From: Tubulanus polymorphus
Lineage: Eukaryota > Animalia > Nemertea
Reading direction: 5' to 3'
Assembly (NCBI RefSeq): GCF_964204645.1
Contig: NC_134030.1
Coordinates: forward strand, 4,754,778 to 4,818,777
DNA length: 64,000 nucleotides
Below the pieces are notes generated by a model, which was not told the DNA's origin, did not search any database, and saw only the letters and a list, made by a program, of their open reading frames with translations. How positions within the stretch are numbered: position 1 is the stretch's first letter; every line of letters starts with the position of its first letter. Position numbers and translations under genes: made by a program. Below, piece by piece: positions 41,628-54,326 of this stretch.

Positions 41628-42575
41628 CCCAAACTGTACTACACGATTGTCCTTCGATCACCCGCTCTACATTGCATTTCTACTACATGTAGCAGCTAAT
41701 TTATTAACATTTTATTGGAAATATCTATATATCTTTCAATGAAATTCATCTTATATGAGTCGCATTTACTTTCGTTGAGATACTCTCTGCTTTCTAACCA
41801 AATGTCACTAAAGGTGTCCTCAACACGTAAATGAATGATTGCAATACAAATTATTTTTTGGCAAATAAATAAATACATGTGATCGAAAGTTTAAATTATT
41901 GAATCTATTTGATCTATCCATCCTTTCGTTGTGGTATTAAACTTGGTGGTTTCGTTGAATAAAGTGCTGTGTTTTAGGCTGAATTAATTTTGAAAATGTC
42001 ATAACGCTCGTGATCCGCGCTGACCTCATTCAAGAGGTAAATATGTATGCACAAGAAATGTATGAAGCCGAGTTCGAGTAACATTTTGACTATCAAACCA
42101 TCGCCAAGATAACAAACCGTACCGTATTAAATCATAAGTACTCTTTCTTGGCTTAGTTATCAATCTATTGATTATAAGACTTCCTTTGCACAGGTCATAG
42201 TAAATTCAAGGTTTATTTAACCTAGAATGAATTCAGATTATACCGCACCTATGTTAGACACTCGTGGTATCTTCAATTCAATAAGTAAGTTTACCGTTTA
42301 TTACTGATTGTTTCACTCTTAAATTGTTGTTTTCTTGGTTTTGAATATAAGGAAGATATTTCTAGTTCGTTGGAAACTTAGATAATTTGATACCATAACT
42401 TATGAAAGATTTATCTCCCTTAAGTACGAGGATCAACGCGAACGCTGTTAGATCGCCTTCTTATCTATAAGTCATATCCTTGTAAATCAACGGTCGATTA
42501 CAAAAAGGTGCGCTGTGTAATCACTTTCTGCATCGGTTATTTCCCGGTTTCAGATATAATACGATATAAATTATC

Positions 42576-43943
42576 ATGGCAGCATCAATAAAAGTAGCGA
42601 TCCTGTGCTCAGGAAAGGAGGACGAGGCGTATGCGGAGGATGTAGTCGAAAATATTCCAGAAGAAATGAAGACGGAAAATGTTACATTTGTCAATATCAT
42701 GCTGAAACCCGAGGAGAGTCTGCTAGAATTTACGCTTCGATGTATAGAGCAAATAAAACGGGAAAACTTCGACTTTGTCATATCATTAACCGACAGTACA
42801 GCGGTAGTACACGCTAAAATCCGTTCCGTTTTACCAAAGATTCCCGGTCCGTCGTTGGATTCGGTAATGGCGGCGTTTGACAAGATTCACGCACGCAAAT
42901 ACCTGATGAAAGATGGTGGAGGCGTGAGATATGCCCACTTAGACCTGAATGCTAGTCCGCAAGATATATCAGATGCCGTCAAACTGGTCGGTTTACCGGC
43001 GTTCATAAAGCCAGTGTCCTTGCAGTATTCAATCGGAGTGGAAAGAATTGACGACGAAAATGATATCAAACCATGTCTTCACATTATTAAAGAAATGGAT
43101 ATTCTATACCAGAAAAATGATGTCACCGGCGTCTTCGAAATTATACCTGATGAAGATGGGGCCATATTGGAAGAATATATCGATTCAGAAGCAACAGCTA
43201 CAGCTGAAGGTTGTGTCGCTAACGGAAATATCATTCATTGGTCAATAACGGATACGTTGTTTTGGCCCAGCAGACCTAGTGTTATTCTAGGATGCGCTTA
43301 CCCGTCCAAACTCCCTCGAGATCTTCAAGATAAGTTATGGCGTGAATTTGATAATATTGTGGGGCGTATGATTGAACTAGGATTCGACAACCAATTCGTC
43401 AACGTTGAAATATTCATCATGGCCGATAATTCGATCAAAATAATCGAAATCAACCATCGTTTGTCGACGGTCGTAGCGCCACTTTACAGAGCGTGTCTTC
43501 ACGATGGTAACGTAGGGGTCGCTCTGATGGAAATGAACCGAGGAACAATTCCGAAACACCCGCGGCCGAACGGGAAGTGTGGTCTCGGTGGACCTCTGGT
43601 TATATTCAAATCAGGGGTAGCTAAAGATCTAATCGACTTTGAATACGCGAAGTCGATTCCCGATGTTGTGATCATAAAATCGCCGGATGAAAATATATTT
43701 TATCCTGGTGATGATGGTGGATGTGTCGTAGGTACAGTTGGTGTATTTGGAGAAAACCATGAAGGTAAATATATGTTATGTTGTTATATCAGTCAAACAT
43801 CAAGACGCGGATAATTTTATCTATTTCTGGTTATTGCAGATACATTCAAAGAATTTTTGCGCATTTCGAGACGAATTTTGAAACATCCGGAATACAGCCC
43901 TGCTCAGCTCACTGGTAGTGGTTACACACACCATCGCGTCTGA
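42576..43943 (+). CDS. ATP-grasp amide/peptide ligase, copy B; join(42576..43764,43840..43943)
   Basis: Tandem paralog of A with the same motifs. A 75-nt intron at the same position restores the C-terminus DTFKEFLRISRRILKHPEYSP...*. The 5'UTR intron 42285-42553 has its splice sites conserved in copy B'. Confidence 0.9.
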
Positions 43944-44790
43944 TCGACCTCCACTCAATACTGTGGTTGGCCTTTCAACTTATTTTGCGTATGGCTGCAC
44001 GTTGTAAACTGTTGCCTCGCTTTGAACCAGGAAAAGACGATCAATGTCCGTACTATTATGGATTTTATCCATGTAATCAACTATTTTAGTTTTGTTCCAA
44101 TTAATCTTTCGTGATCTATTTACAGGTTCTTCGTTGGTTTCATTTATTATTGTTGATTTGCTAGAAATTTTGATTTCGATAGGGCAATGAACATCTGAAA
44201 ATAGTCGGTCGAAACACAACACTTTAAAATGCACGATTTTTTCAAATAGGGGATAACTCGCTATGCCGTAATCGACCACAGGAAAATTATCTGACTTATC
44301 TGACTTAACGCATGTGTGTTTGCCCACAATTTTATCTTCACCGAGACGACCATTACATATTTAGCAAGGAGTATTTTTATCTGGAACTGCGGATTGTGTT
44401 TTTATGTTTAAATATTGTAATCAATATTTTGCCAGGTCATTTGTAGCTAAGAAAACATATTTGTAGATTTTTCCTATGTCCATTAATGGATCTAACCCTT
44501 AGTCTTTGTCACTTTTACCCGGATACCGTTTTGGCAGCTCAAGTAGGCTGTCTTGTTTAGTGAGTACTTTGTCTGCCCAGCGAACTGGCACTATTTTTGA
44601 ATAAGTGATGTAATAGCAATATAAACAACTCTCAACTCACCTGCCCTCGCAACTAGTTTAGCTCTCATCAGGTAATTAGTGTCTTAATATGTCATTAAGA
44701 TTTGGATGAACCAATCGCTAGAAGTTTTGGTCACTAATTTCTTGATGGGAGTGTCTTAATCAACTTGGTTTTTGGCAGCACAGATTTGAT

Positions 44791-47700
44791 CACTCTGTGC
44801 CTGCTATCCAACTGATTAAGACGTAAAATAAACTGGTATTAACACATAAATTCAATCGTTTGAATTTTCAGGTGAGTTACATCCATTTTTCATAGTTAAA
44901 TCTTATATATGTTTTGGCATAAATGTGTACCTAGGCTTAGCTGAGAAATCAGACCTTTATGTAACACGTACATTTGGTACTGAGAGTCAATTTTTATAGA
45001 TTAGGTATTTAATCTAAAATGACGGCTAATGATTATTTGTTTGTAGAAATAGGCCTTTGTATTAAGTATGTAGTTAAAGAAAAGTCATTGTAGGACAATC
45101 TCAGTTACGATCTGATGAAGTATGAGTAATCAAGTAGTATAATATTCGATTCTATTCTGTGTATACTGTAACTAATAAAGAAGTTTCCAGTTTCTAGGCG
45201 CCATTTTGTGGCGGTCCCTCGAGGTCCCTATTGTTGCGATAATTTGCGCTCAATTTTAAAACATAAGTTTAGATTGAATATCATATAGTTCTGCAGTCCC
45301 TTGCTCGACGAAATCAATTTATATACCATTTTAAAGGAAATGAAATGCAGATATTTGCTGGCGATTCTTGGAATTTTTGAACTCAACAATTGAGAACAGT
45401 GACGACGTGAAACCAAGGACCGCATATCTTAACCGTGCGTAAAAGAAATCGCAATATTTATTAATTTTAAAATATCTAAGTATCTCTTCAAGCTATATTT
45501 CCTATTTTCACAGAGGTTAAAGAGGGTTATTTGCAGTTTAAGCCTGCGTTGAATTTTTTTTAATATCTTTCCTGACGACTGATCTGTACCCGCTTGAGTT
45601 TGAGATTACGCGCAAAAGGGGTCTCCCCACTGCGCACCGCCATTTCACTGAACATTGAGATTTGTGAAAAGAAATCGCAAAAATGAAATTTTTTACTGGT
45701 TTGTAATTATCAATATTGCTTCTGATGGTTATATATTACCTTTATTTTCGTATGGTTGAAAATGGACTTTAAGTGTTTTGATGAATTCGAGTTTTGTAGC
45801 GTTGGGAAATTAAAGGATTTCTTGTAAGAGTGGGGACTTTCTGTGTTGGTTGCAAATGTGGCCTAGTTGAGAACCTAATTTGCGTTTCAACCGAATGTAC
45901 CACTCATGGTTGGATACTAGAAAAAAAATCTAAGTTTTTATATATTTTTGAATATGCGGCGCAGCTAAAAGTTGCCAAACTGGACGTTGACCCCCTAAAA
46001 CAGAATATCAAATGGGGGACAGATATGAACCCCTTTAAATATTATATTGGAATTTTATATCAGTAAGGTTTTCTGGTAGATGTTTTCCAGCAAGAAGGTT
46101 GAGATTCATTAAATTCATCGTATGATCGTAGAATGAGGGATTACCAGAGAGAGATATGTGTTAAATATGTCCTAAGCGTTTAAATTGACTGGCACATTTC
46201 ACCATCGACTCTAAAACGTTTGATTTCACCGAACACAAAATCGGCGCTAGGCTGGACGGACTGTATACGACAATTCCTCAACTGGGCCGTTCACACTTCA
46301 ATAGCGGGACAAACCGGATCCCGAAACCAGATTAACGAATTGCCCCCGCCAAAATACGGTACAAAGAAGATATGGATTATCATCTCAAAATATCCCCATG
46401 GAAAATGTGAAGAAATCAAATTACATATAAAAATTTCTTGTCGCAAATCTCAATGTTCAGTGAAATTGCAATGCGCAGTGGGAGACTCCTTTTGCGCGTA
46501 ATCTCAAACTCAAGCGGGTACAGATCAGTCGTCAGGTAAGATATTCAAAAGATTTTAACGCAGGCTTAAACTGCCAATAACCCTCTTTAACCTCTGTGAA
46601 AATAGGAAATATAGCTTGAAGAGATACTAAGATATTTTAAAATTAATAAATATTGCGATTTCTTCTACGCACGGTCTAGATATGCGGTCCTTGGTTTCAC
46701 GTCGTCACTGTTCTCAATTGTTGCGTTCAAAAATTCCAAGAATCGCCAGCAAATATCTGCATTTCATTTCCTTTAAAATGGTGTATAAATTGATTTCGTC
46801 GAGCAAGGGACTGCAGAACTATATGATATTCAATATAAACTTATGTTTTAAAAATGAGCGCAAATTGTTGCAACAATGGGGACCTTGCGGGACCGCCACA
46901 AGATGGCGCCTAGAAACTGGAAACTTCTTTATTATCATAACACTCTGTGCCTGCTATCCAACTGATTAAGACGTAAAATAAACTGGTATTAACACATAAA
47001 TTCAATCGTTTGAATTTTCAGGTGAGTTACATCCATTTTTCATAGTTAAATCTTATATATGTTTTGGCATAAATGTGTACCTAGGCTTAGCTGAGAAATC
47101 AGACCTTTATGTAACACGTACATTTGGTACTGAGAGTCAATTTTTATAGATTAGGTATTTAATCTAAAATGACGGCTAATGATTATTTGTTTGTAGAAAT
47201 AGGCCTTTGTATTAAGTATGTAGTTAAAGAAAAGTCATTGTAGGACAATCTCAGTTACGATCTGATGAAGTATGAGTAATCAAGTAGTATAATATTCGAT
47301 TCTATTCTGTGTATACTGTAACTAATAAAGAAGTTTCCAGTTTCTAGGCGCCATTTTGTGGCGGTCCCTCGAGGTCCCTATTGTTGCGATAATTTGCGCT
47401 CAATTTTAAAACATAAGTTTAGATTGAATATCATATAGTTCTGCAGTCCCTTGCTCGACGAAATCAATTTATATACCATTTTAAAGGAAATGAAATGCAG
47501 ATATTTGCTGGCGATTCTTGGAATTTTTGAACTCAACAATTGAGAACAGTGACGACGTGAAACCAAGGACCGCATATCTTAACCGTGCGTAAAAGAAATC
47601 GCAATATTTATTAATTTTAAAATATCTAAGTATCTCTTCAAGCTATATTTCCTATTTTCACAGAGGTTAAAGAGGGTTATTTGCAGTTTAAGCCTGCGTT

Positions 47701-49171
47701 GAATTTTTTTTAATATCTTTCCTGACGACTGATCTGTACCCGCTTGAGTTTGAGATTACGCGCAAAAGGGGTCTCCCCACTGCGCACCGCCATTTCACTG
47801 AACATTGAGATTTGTGAAAAGAAATCGCAAAAATGAAATTTTTTACTGGTTTGTAATTATCAATATTGCTTCTGATGGTTATATATTACCTTTATTTTCG
47901 TATGGTTGAAAATGGACTTTAAGTGTTTTGATGAATTCGAGTTTTGTAGCGTTGGGAAATTAAAGGATTTCTTGTAAGAGTGGGGACTTTCTGTGTTGGT
48001 TGCAAATGTGGCCTAGTTGAGAACCTAATTTGCGTTTCAACCGAATGTACCACTCATGGTTGGATACTAGAAAAAAAATCTAAGTTTTTATATATTTTTG
48101 AATATGCGGCGCAGCTAAAAGTTGCCAAACTGGACGTTGACCCCCTAAAACAGAATATCAAATGGGGGACAGATATGAACCCCTTTAAATATTATATTGG
48201 AATTTTATATCAGTAAGGTTTTCTGGTAGATGTTTTCCAGCAAGAAGGTTGAGATTCATTAAATTCATCGTATGATCGTAGAATGAGGGATTACCAGAGA
48301 GAGATATGTGTTAAATATGTCCTAAGCGTTTAAATTGACTGGCACATTTCACCATCGACTCTAAAACGTTTGATTTCACCGAACACAAAATCGGCGCTAG
48401 GCTGGACGGACTGTATACGACAATTCCTCAACTGGGCCGTTCACACTTCAATAGCGGGACAAACCGGATCCCGAAACCAGATTAACGAATTGCCCCCGCC
48501 AAAATACGGTACAAAGAAGATATGGATTATCATCTCAAAATATCCCCATGGAAAATGTGAAGAAATCAAATTACATATAAAAATTTCTTGTCGCAAATCT
48601 CAATGTTCAGTGAAATTGCAATGCGCAGTGGGAGACTCCTTTTGCGCGTAATCTCAAACTCAAGCGGGTACAGATCAGTCGTCAGGTAAGATATTCAAAA
48701 GATTTTAACGCAGGCTTAAACTGCCAATAACCCTCTTTAACCTCTGTGAAAATAGGAAATATAGCTTGAAGAGATACTAAGATATTTTAAAATTAATAAA
48801 TATTGCGATTTCTTCTACGCACGGTCTAGATATGCGGTCCTTGGTTTCACGTCGTCACTGTTCTCAATTGTTGCGTTCAAAAATTCCAAGAATCGCCAGC
48901 AAATATCTGCATTTCATTTCCTTTAAAATGGTGTATAAATTGATTTCGTCGAGCAAGGGACTGCAGAACTATATGATATTCAATATAAACTTATGTTTTA
49001 AAAATGAGCGCAAATTGTTGCAACAATGGGGACCTTGCGGGACCGCCACAAGATGGCGCCTAGAAACTGGAAACTTCTTTATTATCATAACACTCTGTGC
49101 CTGCTATCCAACTGATTAAGACGTAAAATAAACTGGTATTAACACATAAATTCAATCGTTTGAATTTTCAG
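44791..49171. repeat. Near-perfect 2150-bp tandem duplication (2 units plus 81 bp of a third)
   Basis: CACTCTGTGCCTGCTATCC... recurs at 44791, 46941 and 49091; identical ORFs are offset by 2150. Confidence 0.95.
45175..46932. mobile_element. Foldback-type element with about 500-bp TIRs (duplicate at 47325-49082)
   Basis: ATAAAGAAGTTTCCAGTTTCTAGGCGCCAT... is inverted at the far end; TIR similarity extends about 45175-45685 vs 46432-46932; flanked by TA (or AT if the termini are shifted inward). Confidence 0.85.
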
Positions 49172-52100
49172 TTTTGTAAAATTGGCAACGCGCAAAAAGT
49201 CCGTTGCTAAACATATAAATATAGAGTGTGATTTACAAAATTCGACTAATCTGTAACCATAATTGTTGATGCCGTTATCGGAATTGGTTCTTTGTAGCAT
49301 ATCATTTACAGTTAACGAGCGAACAGCTAAAACGTCGTCTTGAAAAATTTCACCAAGGTCTGAATATTCTATATATCTGTCATCAATGGGCGTATAGTCT
49401 AAAAGGTTGCGAGTGTGAGCGTTGAAATCGCCACACAATAAGAGGTATTAGTTGTCACAGTTATAAAGTGATATTAATTCAGAATGTAAATCGTCGAACA
49501 ATTCGGCTCTTCCGTAAATACTACTCTCAGGGGGGATATACGCGGAACCTAAAAGTAAATCTTTATCTTCATTTAACATTTTTTTAATCAAATTTAAGCC
49601 AGTGAATTAGTTTACTCGTTTTCTTCTCCATGGTTACACATTTTTTCAGTATCTTTTTTAATAAGAATGACAATTCCACCTGACCGTCTCACTGATAGAT
49701 TTGTTCGGTTGTTCACATATGGGAAAAATCCAAGCTTTTCACAGAAGTCATTCAGCCAAAACTCGTCTGAACTGTCTAGTTTTGTCTCGGTGAGAATTAC
49801 TATATCGTTACAGAGTAGAAGATCAATAAATTCATCGTATTTACTTTTCGATTTAAGCCCGCAAACATTTAAGTTCAACAGTGATATACTAGGGGTTTTT
49901 CCACTTTTCGTATCCACCCAATCCTATTCCGCGTTCATCTCTAGTATTGCCCGTGCATTTTCTAAGGCGGCACTAATGCTATCGGGTCCAGTGTTTTCAG
50001 TAATCACGCTGTCGGTCGATGTCGATGCTTTCGCTTTCTTAGGTACTTGTTTCACCCTCTCTCGTCCGCTATTATTTTGCTGCTGTTGTGTGGGGGTTTC
50101 TTCCGTGATATCTTCGGATGGGGGTCTCTCGCATTTTCTGTCTTCTTTTCTTCTAGCTGTTTCTACGTGTCTGCTCGTATTATCTTCTTTGGTGTTATAA
50201 CGATTAGTATCGGTGTGTAGTTATAATCGGGCTCTTGGTTGTTGATCAATCGACCGTTGCTAGCCATTTTTAGATTTTTTCCACCAGGTATCATGTGTAA
50301 TAGTTTACGGGTGTTAATTTCGTGAAGGCGCTCTATATGAGATTTGCTGCTTCTGAGCCATACAGCTACGAATTTCCTGTTATTTTTCAGTTTACGCTTA
50401 GCTCGCAATATTTTGATTTTAATTTTTTTTCTCGAATGCTAACTTGACGAGTGGTGGTTCCTTGGTTGTTCGTTGTCTGAGTCTAATACACTTTACAATT
50501 TTAGGGGCAGGTTCTGCAAGCAGGGAGAGCATTTCGGTACAATAATTGTTCAAGTTCTCGTTTTCTTCCATTCTGAGTCCAGATATGATCACACAGTTGT
50601 CGGGGTCGTCTAGGGGATCTCGCTTTATTTTGGAATTCACTTCTATTTGCAAATCCGTGCATAAATTTTCCATTTTTTTCATGTCGGATTTTGATGCTGC
50701 TAACTCACTTTTGCATTTTGCTATCGTGGTATTGGCTTTTTTAAGTTTCGCGGTGAGGGCGGCATTTTCTTCGGCTATATCATCTAGTTTTGCGCTGGCG
50801 AACTCAGAGGAAGTTTTAAGATAGGCTTGTATATGATGCCAGCGCATTTGAAGTGCTCTCGCCCTGACGTCATGGCAATTATTTTAAACCGGTTTGTTAT
50901 TCTGAATATACTGCGCGATATGCCGTATAAAATGCATAATGCATTCACCAGTGCGCATGTGAAAACGTGTAAAAAATATTTGTGACAAAGGTAATGTCTA
51001 GTGCATCAAATATTTGATATACCAGTAAGCTTAGCTTATGTGAAACATCCGAAAACAAGAAACATAAACAAAATCAGTTTACTACCAATTGCTGATTTAT
51101 CACTTTTATCAAAGCTTCAAATGATACTTTAATATCGAATTAGGTAATATTTTGATTACTAGTTAACTAACTGCGAACGGTTCTGACGAATAGATTATTA
51201 GATATAATGATGTATAGAGATTCTGTGAAAATTGCTCTTGGTGCTTTATGTAATACAACGGCATAAGATTATCGCGAGTGGACTACATTTCATTGAATGT
51301 AGTTTGAGTTCAGAATTGCGATGGATGTGTATATTTTTCTCAACATCGCTCTCAACCCATTTCCCGAACTGTGGCTGATTTGGTAGTATTTAACTTATTT
51401 CTGAATTAGAATTTCGCTTTTGAAAGGTAATGTCTTATCCTGTGCTTCAAAGTAATTGAAAACTATTTTGGCACGCATATATCAAAAGGATCAAGAAGTA
51501 TTTGCGTACATTTTGAATGTGGTAAAACATATTCACTGATAAAGAATGGCTAAGTGCATTTTAGATATTATGGGGAAATAACTTAATTTATTTGTAGAGA
51601 TAAATTTTATTTTGCGAGTGTTGTAAGAAGTAGGTTTTTATTCGTAACATTTGTTGGTTACGTGCACTCATCATCTTTTTGTGAATTCTTTATTATTATT
51701 ATCATTATTATTATTATATAATAATTATTATTATTAGATTTATTGGATTGTAAATTTATATTGTCGGGTGAATCTTGTACATATTAATATACGTATAAAT
51801 ACATTATGTTCTATCTCAGTCAACAAATAAACAAACGAACGATGTATCTCTAAAAAAGGTTTCCTTGTTGTTTCGGCGTTCAAGTAGTGAATGATGGTAC
51901 ACAGAGGTCGACGTCATCAGGACTGTTCATTGTCATGCACCATGGATCGTGACCCTCATTATAACGAGAAAACTGAATCGAAAGTTAATTGGCGCCTTGA
52001 AGAAAAATAACACATATATTGCCAATGAATAATTTGATATATTATTAAGAATCAATAAGGTTAATTTGAATCAGGAAACTAATAGGCCGCGAGACCACAA

Positions 52101-52356
52101 ACCCTTGATTGTTTTTGTAGAATATACATAGGTACCGGTACGTAAGTCTCTCAGTTGCACAGTCATATCTTTAATCAAAAAGCGATCATAAATCCTAGAC
52201 TGGTCTATTGTTAGTACAATGAAACCTATTCATGTGACTGCGTACCTTATTGGCCACGATGAAGTCATACAACAGTTTGAAATATTTCATATTCTATATT
52301 GCAACTAAATAGTTTTTTTTCAAGCGGGTTATTTGGTACATTTTGACTTCGGTTTC

Positions 52357-53163
52357 TTATTCGGTATCAATCGGTAGAATTCGCCATAATCCCCAATCTT
52401 CGACAAATGTTTCCACGACCACTGTTTTATGCCAAAAAAGTTCGAGGCGCATTTCTGCTTCTTTCGCCTTTTCTTCCAGGATGTCAATTTGACCACAAGC
52501 GCTACTAAAACAAAAATACGCATTTCCACCGGGTCTCAGATATTTACGCGCACCTGCGATGAATCTACCGATGCCCTCGTAACCGGGATCGATGAATCCT
52601 CTTTCGACAATCTTCAGGTCACCGGTCTCGGTGTGGGTCGGGCTAAAGAATGGAGCATTCCAGAAAACAAAATCGAACTTTTCATCTTCGGAAATCGCCT
52701 GGAACACGTCTGAATAGCGCACCTCTCCCGGAACTCCGTAACGCTCGAAATTCGCTTTAGTATTTTCTAAAGCTTGTGGATTGATATCCACCGCTAGAAT
52801 AAAACTAATCTTGGATTTGTTTTGCAGATAATGTATGGTGCTCACACAACCATTTCCGCATCCGATTTCTAGAACCCTCGCATCTTTGCGTGTTTCATCT
52901 GGTAAATTTAGCGCTACATCATCGTAACCTTCAGTAAAACATACATCGGTGAAGGTGACGAATTTCTTACCACAGAATGTTAACTCAGCCTGACCTCCCG
53001 ATTCGATGATCGTGTTTTGATATTCACCAACAAGTTTTCGAACGGTTTCCAAAAGTTGTTTGTGTGTTGTGTCACTAGACATCTTGTCACGTCTGGCGTC
53101 CCGCCCGGCTTTAATCGCAGTCAGAAAAATGTATCGTTTATATGCTCCTGGTTCCAATTTCAT
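52357..53163 (-). CDS. Intronless class I SAM-dependent methyltransferase, HemK/PrmC (MTS)-like; start at ATG 53163 or 53082
   Basis: Motif I VLEIGCGNG, post-I VDINPQAL, SDVF, motif IV DFVFWNAPFF (NPPY-like) and YLRPGG; uninterrupted 270-codon frame. Confidence 0.9.
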   Translation of the reverse strand: MKLEPGAYKRYIFLTAIKAGRDARRDKMSSDTTHKQLLETVRKLVGEYQNTIIESGGQAELTFCGKKFVTFTDVCFTEGYDDVALNLPDETRKDARVLEIGCGNGCVSTIHYLQNKSKISFILAVDINPQALENTKANFERYGVPGEVRYSDVFQAISEDEKFDFVFWNAPFFSPTHTETGDLKIVERGFIDPGYEGIGRFIAGARKYLRPGGNAYFCFSSACGQIDILEEKAKEAEMRLELFWHKTVVVETFVEDWGLWRILPIDTE

Positions 53164-53322
53164 TGCCAAGTTAATTTTCCAATTAAAATATGGTGAACTT
53201 TAATCCTTTTATTTGGAAATTGGCGATAAGAACTCGGTAAATATACTTTTGGTTATGATGTTATCGCCAATTTCAATAGGGTCTGTCAACATTATTTGGA
53301 AAAGAGTACAGAGTACAGCTTT

Positions 53323-53466
53323 ACTAATTGTAAACGCCAATAAAATAGAAATATGGTGACCTTAATCACTTCATTTAGAAACCAAAAGCTTATCTAATGG
53401 GCTTTCTTATCACCCATTTCATAATAAGGTCACCATATTTGTATTTTATTGACATTGAAAATTAGT
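53323..53466. mobile_element. Small palindromic MITE-like element upstream of the methyltransferase
   Basis: CAATAAAATAGAAATATGGTGACCTTA ... TAAGGTCACCATATTTGTATTTTATTG inverted pair. Confidence 0.6.
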
Positions 53467-54326
53467 GAAATTGTGCTCTACCTTTCTTCCAGACGATACT
53501 GAATATGCTTTCGGTATCGTAGAATATGGTGACCCGAATCACTTAAAAACACAGCCCCCAGCCCAACTCCCGAGTTCAGGGATAACTCTAACTCGCGGCG
53601 GTGGAATTTGGTTTCTGAATATGAGTATTTGGTTCTTCGGTCAGTCCACTCCTGTCTAATTAGCACATATAGATTATAGCTACTTTCTTCTTTCGTATAC
53701 GTTCTTCATCTTGATGTTCCTTCTTATTTATTTGATTGGCGAATTTAATTTGATTTGACTTAATTTGGTGTCCCTTCCAAACCCAACAGTCATGTATTAT
53801 ATAGTCTTCAGGAAGCAAAACATTTTTGAATATGAATTCAGCAACCTGATGATTCACTCAGATATTGAACGATATTTTCCGGAACTTGATTTCTACTTGG
53901 TCTACTACACTGCCCCATGATGTGATTAAAGCAGCTAGAAGTCGTGCATTGTCTTCGTTATCAAATGATGAATTATGATCTGTTTTCAATTATTTTCGAA
54001 AATCATAAAAGGTGCGTCTTAGTTCTTTGCGGGGGTGTACAACAATATTTCCATTAAACTGATTAAAGGTTGATGAACTTCCAAAAAGTATTGACTATTA
54101 GTTCATACTTACAATGCCATCCATCATGAATAGACGCAGTATTTATTTTTAAATCTTGCAATCTTAAAACTTAAAATGCGTCTGTTTCTAATGGATTTAT
54201 ATTGATACACAATACTTGTATTCCAGCTGCAGGCTGTTATTATGTGCTTGGTACATGTATTAGGTTTTAGCAAATGCTTTTATCAGCCATTATGATACAT
54301 GTATATGTGATTAGATGGGGTAGTTT

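Larger units (their letters stand above)
44361..49210. mobile_element. Non-autonomous DNA element with short inverted ends and a 6-bp flanking direct repeat
   Basis: ACATAT|TTAGCAAGGA...TCCGTTGCTAA|ACATAT. The empty site (single ACATAT) is seen in the other LINE copy at about 59992-59997. Confidence 0.8.
44041..50850 (-). mobile_element. Decayed LINE copy 1 (ORF1 plus APE endonuclease; RT missing), interrupted by a 4.85-kb insertion
   Basis: 44041-44360 plus 49211-50850 are near-identical to 59678-61460. APE motifs LNVCGL, LTET, GDFNAH and SDVH; coiled-coil ORF1. Confidence 0.9.

Noticed and set aside
40223-43559. Antisense and alternate-frame ORFs over the ligases (also 61913-63840)
   Set aside because: Shadows of the real plus-strand CDS; they recur only because the genes are duplicated.
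45228-49119. Repeated ORFs MRSLVSRRH..., MGTFCVG... and MISPNTK... as a gene family or transposase
   Set aside because: They arise from TIRs and the tandem duplication; no DDE or YR motifs were recognised.
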